NCBI GenBank assembly: GCA_028284225.1
Contig: JANQSD010000022.1
Coordinates: 163,777-227,776 of the forward strand
Origin: Arenicellales bacterium
GTDB taxonomy: Bacteria; Pseudomonadota; Gammaproteobacteria; Arenicellales; JAHEKD01
Length of the DNA: 64,000 nucleotides
Direction of reading: 5' to 3'
The position numbers and the translations under genes are program-made. The notes below the pieces were generated by a model that ran no database searches, had not been told where the DNA came from, and saw nothing but the letters and a program-made list of their open reading frames with translations. Positions 44,732 to 53,260 of this stretch are shown here, in pieces. The first letter of the stretch is position 1. Every line of letters begins with the position of its first letter.

Positions 44732-45610
44732 ATGGGAAAAGTATGCTTTCTCGGTACCGGTAAAATGGGATTTGGCATGGCAGCCAGGTTGCTGGAATAC
44801 GGGCATGAGGTTCGAGTTTACAATCGAACTAAGGAAAAGGCACTTCCACTTGAGGCCAAAGGGGCAGTAATAGTTGATACCCCCAAGCAGGCAGCAGCAG
44901 GAGCGGATGCCTTAATTGCCATGGTTGGGGATGATTCGGCATCGCGGTCAGTCTGGTTAGGTGAAGATGGAGCGTTGGCAGCTGAATTGGCGCCACAAAC
45001 GCTTATCATTGAGTGCTCAACAATTTCACATGATTGGGTGATGGAATTGTCTGCTTTGGTTGAGGATATGAGTTTGTCATACCTTGATTGCCCCGTAACC
45101 GGATTACCTGAAGCGGCAGCTAAAGGAGAGCTCACGTTATTTCTGGGTGGAGATCAGGCCACCATAGAGCGGGCACAACCTTATATTAATCCACTGTGCG
45201 CAGCGCAAATACATTTTGGTGAAATCGGTGCAGGTATTGCCTACAAGTTGATTGTTAACTTAATGGGCTCAATTCAAATCATTGCAGCAGCAGAAGGCAT
45301 GCTGGTGGCTGAGAAAGCAGGACTTGATTTGTCCCAGGTGGCAAAAGCACTAGCGGTTGGCGGCACCGGAAGCCCGCAGGTTGCGCGTAACAGTAAACTA
45401 ATGGCAGATTCAGATCATGAAAATGATGTTCTGTTTGATGCTTGGTGGCGACTTAAGGACACGCATTACGGTGTTAACTTTGCCAATAAAATGGGGCAGG
45501 ATGTGCCACTAGGAAAACTCACCGAAGCACTATTCCAAAAACTGATTGAAGCCGGATTTTCCAAATCGGCAGAAAGCAAAATTATTGATATTTTAAGAGA
45601 CCGGAAATAA
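44732..45610 (+). CDS. NAD(P)-dependent oxidoreductase, 3-hydroxyisobutyrate/6-phosphogluconate dehydrogenase-like
   Basis: VCFLGTGKMGFGMAARL Rossmann start. Length is 292 aa. Confidence 0.8.
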   Translation: MGKVCFLGTGKMGFGMAARLLEYGHEVRVYNRTKEKALPLEAKGAVIVDTPKQAAAGADALIAMVGDDSASRSVWLGEDGALAAELAPQTLIIECSTISHDWVMELSALVEDMSLSYLDCPVTGLPEAAAKGELTLFLGGDQATIERAQPYINPLCAAQIHFGEIGAGIAYKLIVNLMGSIQIIAAAEGMLVAEKAGLDLSQVAKALAVGGTGSPQVARNSKLMADSDHENDVLFDAWWRLKDTHYGVNFANKMGQDVPLGKLTEALFQKLIEAGFSKSAESKIIDILRDRK

Positions 45611-45649
45611 CCTACAGAAGTCTGTTAGACCTTCCCATGGTTATTCAAG

Positions 45650-45934
45650 TTATACAAACTTAAATACAAAAGCAGCAAACAGCAGGGAAATAATCAGAGC
45701 TCCCCAAAGTGGCGTACCGATAATACCGAGCCAGGCGAGATGAATAATTGCAGCGCTGAGCAGGGAAATAAACAAACGGTCACCTCTGGTGGTATCCAGC
45801 CCGAACACGCCACGCCGGGGGGAGCCACCCGGATATTTTCTCTCCAGCAGAATCATGGTTGTGATCAATAATGCAATAACGATAAAAAAGGCGGCAGTGG
45901 GCCAGGTCCAGGCCATCCAGGTAAGACTGAACAT
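45650..45934 (-). CDS. DUF2160 small membrane protein (accessory to glycerol-type CUT1 ABC transporters)
   Basis: 94 aa with 3 hydrophobic segments, placed last in the ABC operon. GGAGAG RBS. Confidence 0.7.
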   Translation of the reverse strand: MFSLTWMAWTWPTAAFFIVIALLITTMILLERKYPGGSPRRGVFGLDTTRGDRLFISLLSAAIIHLAWLGIIGTPLWGALIISLLFAAFVFKFV

Positions 45935-46734
45935 CAGACTCTCCCCAGGGCGAAGCCCTTGGCGATGTAGTTACGTACAAAGTAGATCACGAAGGCACCG
46001 GGAATAATGGTCAAGGTGCCGGCGGCGGCCAGCAAACCCAGTTCGTAACCCGAGGTACTGGCGGTCCGGGTCATGGTGGCAGCAATCGGCTTGGCAGCAA
46101 CTGAAGTGAGTGTTTTTGCCAGTAATAATTCTACCCAGGAAAACATAAAGCAGAAAAAAGCGGCTACGCCAATGCCGGCAGTAATGGTCGGTATAAATAT
46201 ACGAACAAAAAAGCGCCAAAATGAATAACCGTCGATATAAGCGGTTTCATCCAGCTCCTTGGGAACACCCGACATAAAACCTTCAAGTATCCAGACTGCC
46301 AGTGGAATATTAAACAAACAGTGTGCCAGTGCCACAGCGATATGTGTATCGAATAGGCCAACAGCTGAATAAAACTGGAAAAAAGGCAGTGCGAACACAG
46401 CAGGTGGCGCCATGCGGTTGGTCAATAACCAGAAAAACAAGTGCTTATCGCCCATGAATTTATAGCGGGAAAACGCGTAGGCAGCAGGTAAGGCTACACT
46501 AACCGAAATCACCGTGTTCATGACCACATAAAGAATGGAATTGATATAACCGTTATACCAGGTTGGGTCGGTAAAAATTTTGCGGTAATTTTCCAGGGTG
46601 AATTCTTGTGGCCAAAGCGTAAAAGTCCCGAGGATTTCATTTGTTGTTTTGAACGACATATTGATCAGCCAATAAATCGGCAACATCAAAAAAATGATAT
46701 AGAGAGTGGGGACTAACCAGCGTGGTGATTTCAT
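45934..46734 (-). CDS. Carbohydrate ABC transporter permease
   Basis: MalG/UgpE-like. EAA-loop region ELDETAYIDGYSFWRFFVRIFIP. Confidence 0.85.
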   Translation of the reverse strand: MKSPRWLVPTLYIIFLMLPIYWLINMSFKTTNEILGTFTLWPQEFTLENYRKIFTDPTWYNGYINSILYVVMNTVISVSVALPAAYAFSRYKFMGDKHLFFWLLTNRMAPPAVFALPFFQFYSAVGLFDTHIAVALAHCLFNIPLAVWILEGFMSGVPKELDETAYIDGYSFWRFFVRIFIPTITAGIGVAAFFCFMFSWVELLLAKTLTSVAAKPIAATMTRTASTSGYELGLLAAAGTLTIIPGAFVIYFVRNYIAKGFALGRV

Positions 46735-47600
46735 TGCTCGCTCTCGTCACGCATCATCAAGGTGTAGAAAACCCAACAGAACAACAAAATCATAATGAAG
46801 TAAATTAGCGACATTGCCGCCGCCGGGCCGAGGTCAAATTGGCCAAGTGCAATTTTCGCCAGGTCTATGGATAAAAATGTAGTGGTGTTACCTGGACCAC
46901 CACCGGTTAATACAAATGGCTCGGTATAAATCATAAAGCTGTCCATAAACCGCAATAATACTGCAATGATTAATACCCGCTTAAGTTTGGGCAATTGAAT
47001 AAAACGGAAAATTTGCCAGCGGTTAGCGCCATCAATTCGGGCGGCCTGATAATAGGCATCAGGTATTGCACAAAGCCCTGCATAACAAAGCAGTACCACT
47101 AAAGATGTCCAGTGCCAGACATCCATTAACACGACGGTCAGCCAGGCTGCGATCGGTTGTTGGGTGAAGTTATAGTCGATACCCAGGCCATTTATCATTC
47201 GGCCCAGTAAGCCGATATCCGGCAGCGCAAAAATATTCCACATTGCACCCACTACATTCCAGGGAATTAATAGCGGCAAAGCCATCAACACCAGGCAGAT
47301 GGAGACACCGATGCCTTTTTTGGGCATGCACAGTGCAATGGCAATACCCAGAGGGATTTCAATAATCAATATGGTGGCAGTAAAAAATATCTGTCTGCCC
47401 AGCGCCTGGTGAAAACGCTCGGAGTTGAGAACTTGCTCATACCACTTTACACCTTCCCAGAAAAACTGATTATTGCCAAAGGTTTCCTGAAATGAGTAAT
47501 TGACCACCGTCATTAGCGGGATAACGGCATTGAATGCCACTAAAATGACGACCGGTAATACCAGCAGCCAGGCTTTTTCGTTGTGAGTGCGATTAATCAT
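46731..47600 (-). CDS. Carbohydrate ABC transporter permease
   Basis: MalF/UgpA-like. EAA loop YYQAARIDGANRWQIFRFIQLP. Confidence 0.85.
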   Translation of the reverse strand: MINRTHNEKAWLLVLPVVILVAFNAVIPLMTVVNYSFQETFGNNQFFWEGVKWYEQVLNSERFHQALGRQIFFTATILIIEIPLGIAIALCMPKKGIGVSICLVLMALPLLIPWNVVGAMWNIFALPDIGLLGRMINGLGIDYNFTQQPIAAWLTVVLMDVWHWTSLVVLLCYAGLCAIPDAYYQAARIDGANRWQIFRFIQLPKLKRVLIIAVLLRFMDSFMIYTEPFVLTGGGPGNTTTFLSIDLAKIALGQFDLGPAAAMSLIYFIMILLFCWVFYTLMMRDESEQ

Positions 47601-48682
47601 TCAAGTATTGCCCACTCGTTATCACGCCAGCCGTCCACATATAAGTGCGTAAACTTGGGATCAAAATTAACTCGTCCGGAGGATTCAGGCAGGGCTTGTT
47701 CGCTGGAGGCTAATAGTTTCAATTCAGTATCATCGAACTGTATATTAGCGAGTTTATAGCGGCCAATATCCTCACATTTATTAATTTTTACGTCCAGCCC
47801 CTGATCAGAAAAATAAACATGCTCCGGTCTGACACCAATGCTTAATGATTTTGCATGATTGTAGGGTGTTGACGATTTATTGATCGGTAAGCGGGTATTG
47901 CCGGCATAGAATCCATCATCTTTAGCCGTCACTTCGATACGATTCATCCCCGGCGAACCGATAAAATGGCCTACAAACGTATGTTGCGGTTGTTCAAACA
48001 ATTCTTGTGATGTTCCAACCTGTAAAACTTTGCCTTGTTCCATCACTACAATTTTGTCGGCAAAAGTCAGTGCCTCGGTTTGATCATGGGTGACGTAAAT
48101 CATGGTGAAATTGAAGCGGCGGTGTAATTCCTTAAGTTTGGAACGTAATAACCACTTCAATTTTGGGTCAATCACTGTCAGCGGTTCATCGAACATGATT
48201 ACATTTACATCTGAGCGAACCAGACCACGGCCTAATGAAATTTTTTGCTTACCGTCGGCAGTTAAACCCGCTGCTTTTTTATTAAGCACCGATTCAAGTT
48301 CCAGCATTTGCGCAACTTCACTAACACGTTGATTAATAGTAGCTTGGTCAAGATTTCGGTTTTTAAGCGGGAACGCCAGGTTGTCATACACGGTCATGGT
48401 GTCATAAACCACGGGGAACTGAAAAACCTGGGCTATATTTCGCTGCTCAGGGGTTAATTCGGTAACATCCTGCTGATCAAACAAGATACTGCCTGTTGAA
48501 GGCTTGAGCAGACCGGATATGATGTTGAGCAAAGTGGTTTTACCGCATCCGGAAGGGCCGAGTAAGGCATAAGCACCTCCATCTTCCCATTCAAGTGTCA
48601 TTTCTTTCAGTGCCCAGTCTTCATCTGACTCGGGATTATCAACATAGCTGTGAGCTAGATTATTTAAGGTGATCTTTGCCAT
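47597..48682 (-). CDS. ABC transporter ATP-binding protein (MalK/UgpC-like)
   Basis: Walker A GPSGCGKTT, a degenerate signature sequence, and Walker B VIMFDEP. Confidence 0.9.
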   Translation of the reverse strand: MAKITLNNLAHSYVDNPESDEDWALKEMTLEWEDGGAYALLGPSGCGKTTLLNIISGLLKPSTGSILFDQQDVTELTPEQRNIAQVFQFPVVYDTMTVYDNLAFPLKNRNLDQATINQRVSEVAQMLELESVLNKKAAGLTADGKQKISLGRGLVRSDVNVIMFDEPLTVIDPKLKWLLRSKLKELHRRFNFTMIYVTHDQTEALTFADKIVVMEQGKVLQVGTSQELFEQPQHTFVGHFIGSPGMNRIEVTAKDDGFYAGNTRLPINKSSTPYNHAKSLSIGVRPEHVYFSDQGLDVKINKCEDIGRYKLANIQFDDTELKLLASSEQALPESSGRVNFDPKFTHLYVDGWRDNEWAILE

Positions 48683-48683
48683 G

Positions 48684-49751
48684 CTACCTCACCGGTTGAC
48701 CGCTGCTATCGAATACAAAGCAATTACGAGTATCAACAGTCAATGATATTTGCTCCCCTTCTTCAAATTTATGTACACCATGAAGTTGGCTGACCCAGCG
48801 CTTGCCGTCTACCTGCATGTGCAACAGGGTTTCAGAGCCGTTAATCTCTGCTAATTCAACCTGACCTTTAAAATCCAAGCCCAGGCTAGAAGTAGAATCA
48901 GCTTTAATCTGCAGATGATGGGGCCTGAAGGCCAGTGCATAGTCGCCGTCTTTAATTTGAGCTAATCCGTTGTCAGATGTCCATGAGCTGTCTTGAGCAA
49001 CCAATGTATCTGCCTGTTTGCGAATGTTAATAATGTTCAATGGCGGATCAGAGAATTCAATCGCGCTTTGTATATTGTCAGGTTGTCGATAGACTTCGTG
49101 GGTGGGACCGTATTGAGTAATACTGCCCTCGTGTAAGGTTGCGGTATAACCACCTAGTAACAGTGCCTCGGTGGGTTCGGTGGTTGCATAGATCACTGTA
49201 GTATTACTGCCGGAAAATAGTTTGGGTAGTTCTTCCCTGAGTTCTTCGCGTAATTTATAGTCTAAATTCGCCAAAGGTTCATCCAGCAAAATCAAATCTG
49301 CCTGTTTGACCAGAGCTCTTGCCAAGGCCACCCGTTGTTGCTGACCGCCTGATAACTCCTGTGTCATTCGCTTCAACATGGTATTAAGACCCAGCAGGCT
49401 GGCAACTTCATTAACTCGTTGTGTTATGTCTGCCTTGGTGATTTTTTGTAATTTAAGCGGCGAGGCAATGTTTTGGAATACATCAAGATTTGGGTAATTA
49501 ATGAATTGTTGATAAACCATGGCTACATTGCGCTTTTGCACGGCCATGCCGGTCACATTATTGCCATTAAACCAGATCTCTCCACTGGTCGGTTGTTCCA
49601 GGCCCGCCATCAGTCTCATTAACGTCGTTTTCCCTGCCAGAGTCGGGCCGAGCAAGACGTTAAATACACCCGTTTTTAGCGTCAAACTGGTTGAATAAAT
49701 GTGGGTTTCAGGGCCTTCTTTTTTTATTATTTGGCGAAGTTCAAGTGACAT
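48684..49751 (-). CDS. ABC transporter ATP-binding protein (second ATPase, MalK/UgpC-like)
   Basis: Walker A GPTLAGKTT, signature LSGGQQQR, and Walker B LILLDEP. Confidence 0.9.
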   Translation of the reverse strand: MSLELRQIIKKEGPETHIYSTSLTLKTGVFNVLLGPTLAGKTTLMRLMAGLEQPTSGEIWFNGNNVTGMAVQKRNVAMVYQQFINYPNLDVFQNIASPLKLQKITKADITQRVNEVASLLGLNTMLKRMTQELSGGQQQRVALARALVKQADLILLDEPLANLDYKLREELREELPKLFSGSNTTVIYATTEPTEALLLGGYTATLHEGSITQYGPTHEVYRQPDNIQSAIEFSDPPLNIINIRKQADTLVAQDSSWTSDNGLAQIKDGDYALAFRPHHLQIKADSTSSLGLDFKGQVELAEINGSETLLHMQVDGKRWVSQLHGVHKFEEGEQISLTVDTRNCFVFDSSGQPVR

Positions 49752-49767
49752 TAGAATCGTAAAATTA

Positions 49768-49799
49768 AAACGGCCATGAGTGCAAACTCATGGCCGTTT
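49768..49799 (-). terminator. Intra-operon hairpin (attenuator/terminator) after the binding-protein gene
   Basis: 13-bp perfect stem AAACGGCCATGAG / CTCATGGCCGTTT with a 6-nt loop, followed by a T-rich tail on the minus strand. Confidence 0.5.
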
Positions 49800-49806
49800 G
49801 CTGGAA

Positions 49807-51546
49807 CTAAGCGGCGTCTTGCCAGCGTTTAACTAACTCATCATAGTCGATGGTTTCGCCTTGTGGCTTTTCATTTTCAAGTTTGGCCTTAGGAGAGCCT
49901 TCTTGATTCAACCATTCGGCGGGATCTTTTTCTTCATTCAGTCTTGGACCACAACCACCATACACTTGTGCATTTTCATCGGCTGATTGCATTCGTGCCA
50001 TAACTTGGTCCATTTCACTGGCCAATCTGTCCATGGCTTCCTGCGGGGTAAAAACACCAGAATTAACGTCACCGATTTGTTGCCACCAGATTTGAGCTAG
50101 TTTTGGATAGTCAGGGACGTTGACACCGGTTGGCGTCCAGCGTACCCGATCAGGTGAACGATAAAACTCGACCAAACCGCCCAGTTTGGGCGCACGTTCC
50201 GTGAAGGATTCATGACGGATGTCGCTGTCACGAATAGGTGTTAAACCGACGTGAGTTTTCTTCAGTGATACAGTTTTAGCGACAGTGAATTGTGCATACA
50301 ACCACGCGGCTTTACGGCGGTCAACAGGTGTCGATTCGAACAAGGTCCAGGAACCGGCATCCTGATAACCCAGCTTTTGACCTTCTTCCCAATAAGGACC
50401 GTGTGGAGAAGGCGCCATTCTCCAAAGCGGGTTGCCGTCATCATCGACGGTATTATTGCCGTCACTTTTCGGTGCAACCATTGATGAAGTGAATGCTGTG
50501 TACCAGAAAATCTGTTGCGCGACATTACCTTGCGATAATGCAGGCAGAGATTGATAAAAGTCGTAGCTGGCAGCCCCTGGAGGCGCATATTTCCTTAACC
50601 ATTCGTCCCATTTGCGGATTGCATAAACGGCGGCAGGACCGTTGGCGGCACCACCACGTGAGACGGAAGCACCTGCTGGGTTGCAGCTACCTTCTTCCAT
50701 GCGAATCCCCCATTCATCAACAGGTGTACCATTAGGCAGGCCTTGGCTACCTGCACCCGCCATGGAGAGCCAGGCATCTGTCATGCGCCAGCCAAGGTCG
50801 GGTGCGCGTTTACCGTAGTCCATGTGTCCATAAACCTGGACACCATCGATTTCCTTAACATGCTCAGTAAAAAATTCGGCAATATCTTCATAGGCCGACC
50901 AGTTGACCGGCACACCTAAATCGTAGCCGTAAATATCTTTAAACTGAGTTTTTAAATCCTCACGCTGGAACCAGTCATATCGAAACCAATAAAGGTTAGC
51001 GAATTGTTGGTCGGGAAGCTGATAGAGCTTGCCGTCAGGACCGGTGGTGAAAGATTTGCCCATAAAATCATCCACATCCAGCATGGGGTTGGTGACGTCC
51101 GCACCATCGCCTTCCATCCAGTCGCTAAGATTAACCGCCAGTTGTAGTCTTGAATGAGTGCCGATTAAATCGGAATCATTAATATAAGCATCATAAAGAT
51201 TACGCTGCGTCTGCATTTGTGTCTGCACAGCCTGAACGACTTCGCCTTCACCCAATAATTGATGGTTAACCTTGATGCCGGTGATTTCTTCAAATGCCTT
51301 GGTCAGTGTTTTTGATTCATATTCATGAGTGGGAATGGTTTCTGACAATACATTAATTTCCATACCCTGAAACGGTGCAGCTGCGTCAATGAACCATTGC
51401 ATTTCAGCTTGCTGTTCTTCCTTGGTCAATGTCGAAGGTTGAAATTCTTCATCAATCCAGCGGTTGGCTTCATCCATGCCGGCTATGCTAAGGCCTGCGT
51501 AAACGAATGTACCTAATGCCAGCAACGAACGGGGGGATGTTCTCAT
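49807..51546 (-). CDS. Extracellular solute-binding protein of the CUT1 ABC transporter (glycerol/polyol type)
   Basis: Signal peptide MRTSPRSLLALGTFVYAGLSIAG. About 580 aa, the size typical of DUF2160-associated systems. Start moved to ATG 51546 (GGAG RBS). Confidence 0.8.
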   Translation of the reverse strand: MRTSPRSLLALGTFVYAGLSIAGMDEANRWIDEEFQPSTLTKEEQQAEMQWFIDAAAPFQGMEINVLSETIPTHEYESKTLTKAFEEITGIKVNHQLLGEGEVVQAVQTQMQTQRNLYDAYINDSDLIGTHSRLQLAVNLSDWMEGDGADVTNPMLDVDDFMGKSFTTGPDGKLYQLPDQQFANLYWFRYDWFQREDLKTQFKDIYGYDLGVPVNWSAYEDIAEFFTEHVKEIDGVQVYGHMDYGKRAPDLGWRMTDAWLSMAGAGSQGLPNGTPVDEWGIRMEEGSCNPAGASVSRGGAANGPAAVYAIRKWDEWLRKYAPPGAASYDFYQSLPALSQGNVAQQIFWYTAFTSSMVAPKSDGNNTVDDDGNPLWRMAPSPHGPYWEEGQKLGYQDAGSWTLFESTPVDRRKAAWLYAQFTVAKTVSLKKTHVGLTPIRDSDIRHESFTERAPKLGGLVEFYRSPDRVRWTPTGVNVPDYPKLAQIWWQQIGDVNSGVFTPQEAMDRLASEMDQVMARMQSADENAQVYGGCGPRLNEEKDPAEWLNQEGSPKAKLENEKPQGETIDYDELVKRWQDAA

Positions 51547-51655
51547 TATTGATCTCCTCATTAGTGTTAAGGGCAAATAAACTAGCAAGGAATTAATTAT
51601 TAAGCAAGTTAACTCAGTCAGTATGTCGAAATAATTTATAAATTATTAAACTAAT

Positions 51656-52216
51656 TCACTTATATTGTTGCTCTGCGCATATCAAAAGCGAATCCTGAGT
51701 TGAGAGTTTTTCTTCAAGCAATCCACAAAAAAAAGGGTCACCTTGAGGATGTGAATCCTGGAAATATATACAATATTGACATTGACCGAATGGTCGGCGA
51801 TCTCGTTCGTTAAGCTGATGAATTAAAATACTTTCTAATCCTTCAAGCAGGTTTTCTTTAATATGTTCTGGTAATTTGCTGACAGCTCTTTGGGTTCGCA
51901 GTAACGGATCTTTAGATAACAAACTATTGCCCAAATTTGTTAATGATATACGTTTAACCCGCCTGTCGAATTTATCAGGTGTTTTTGTTATTAACTTTTT
52001 AGCGTTGAGAGTGGCTAGTGTTTGTGAGACAGTGCCCTTTGTCAGCCCCAGGTAGTTAGTTATGGCTATGGGTGTTCTGGAAAACTTATTTGCCATCTGT
52101 AAATAACGTAAAACCTCCCAGTGTACAGGTTGTAATCCTTCTATATGAGATTCGGCGGTCAGTAATCGACCGATTCTTTCAGTCAGATTTGCTATGTAAA
52201 GTTCTCTTTTATCCAT
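51656..52216 (-). CDS. MarR family regulator with a C-terminal four-cysteine extension
   Basis: wHTH ITNYLGLTKGTVSQTLATLNAKKLI and DRRVKRISLT. C-terminal CQYC-x14-C-x15-C. The start is either ATG 52216 or TTG 52231. Confidence 0.8.
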   Translation of the reverse strand: MDKRELYIANLTERIGRLLTAESHIEGLQPVHWEVLRYLQMANKFSRTPIAITNYLGLTKGTVSQTLATLNAKKLITKTPDKFDRRVKRISLTNLGNSLLSKDPLLRTQRAVSKLPEHIKENLLEGLESILIHQLNERDRRPFGQCQYCIYFQDSHPQGDPFFCGLLEEKLSTQDSLLICAEQQYK

Positions 52217-52283
52217 TATTTGGTTTAACAAAGGTGTTGATGGGACAGCAACATTAAGATAACCAGTTATTATAATTGTTTTT

Positions 52284-52298
52284 GTTTCGACACGAAAC
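52284..52298. promoter_or_regulatory. Palindrome GTTTCG-aca-CGAAAC
   Basis: 6+3+6 inverted repeat in the MarR divergent region. It shares the GTTTCG/CGAAAC arms with 52336..52360. Confidence 0.4.
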
Positions 52299-52335
52299 TT
52301 TTAATTGAAATTTTAACAATCACTTGATATAGTAA

Positions 52336-52360
52336 CTTTAGTTTCGATTCGAAACTAAAG
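52336..52360. promoter_or_regulatory. Perfect 25-bp palindrome CTTTAGTTTCGATTCGAAACTAAAG, candidate MarR operator
   Basis: 12+1+12 perfect inverted repeat, 32 nt upstream of ATG 52392. Confidence 0.5.
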
Positions 52361-52391
52361 TTAAGCACAATTGATAATTATGGAGTTACCT

Positions 52392-53123
52392 ATGAAGAAG
52401 TTTTCGTTAAAAAAGTTAATTACGAGTGTCTTAATGATGCTAAGCATGGATTCTCTACTTGCACATGAAATCACCAGTGCACAAGAAGAAGATAAAACTG
52501 CTGCTTTTGATATCACCCTTGGTCAAGTGACGACAGACAGTCGCCTGACTACTTTTATCATGGAGTTAGCAGGTATAGCGGGTAGCGTAAAACCAGAATC
52601 TGTTGGTCAACTAAAAGGTGCAAAAGTAGAATCATATGTGTGGCCGACGAGTCTTGACCCTTCTGTAGTCGGTTTCGAAAAGGATTCAGGTACTTTAGCC
52701 TTGGCGATTACAGCACATCCGGATTTCGATGATACTCCGCTATTTGACGAAAATAATGATGGTGATCCGGCAAATGACGGATCTGAATGGCATTCTCATT
52801 GGGTTGTTTTGGTTGAAGATCAGACCTGTGGTGCTGGACTTAAGGTCCGTGATGTATCCCCAGGTGCCGACTTATTGCCAAAAACAGCACCAGGGCTTCC
52901 GATTGCGCTTGATAGTCCTGGTATGAGTCCTACACTTGACCAGAACACGGCAAGAATTGTAGTACCCATCGGTAATACTGAAGGAGAGGCTTTTGATGCA
53001 GTGACCGCAGAATTACAAGTTCACCATCAAGCAAAAACGCCTTTGCTATGTGTTACCCAAGTCCACGACATAGCGTCTAAAGATATGTCGTTGCCGGGCC
53101 GGATAGTCAATAGTGAAAATTAA
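52392..53123 (+). CDS. Secreted hypothetical protein (243 aa)
   Basis: Signal peptide MKKFSLKKLITSVLMMLSMDSLLA-HE and a GGAG RBS. The Asp-rich segment HPDFDDTPLFDENNDGDPANDGSEWHSHW could bind metal or calcium. No family recognised. Confidence 0.6.
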   Translation: MKKFSLKKLITSVLMMLSMDSLLAHEITSAQEEDKTAAFDITLGQVTTDSRLTTFIMELAGIAGSVKPESVGQLKGAKVESYVWPTSLDPSVVGFEKDSGTLALAITAHPDFDDTPLFDENNDGDPANDGSEWHSHWVVLVEDQTCGAGLKVRDVSPGADLLPKTAPGLPIALDSPGMSPTLDQNTARIVVPIGNTEGEAFDAVTAELQVHHQAKTPLLCVTQVHDIASKDMSLPGRIVNSEN

Positions 53124-53213
53124 TAGCCAGCTTTAGATTCATAGTGAGGATATGCGACATCTTCATTACTAAGTCGAATCCAGCTTTGTATGACCAGTAT
53201 GCGTTACTTACAA

Positions 53214-53241
53214 AAAACGGGCAGCGATGGCTGCCCGTTTT
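53214..53241. terminator. Bidirectional rho-independent terminator
   Basis: AAAACGGGCAGC-gatg-GCTGCCCGTTTT, a perfect 12-bp stem with A/T runs on both sides, between convergent genes. Confidence 0.7.
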
Positions 53242-53260
53242 ACTTAAAAAGCTGTCGAAG

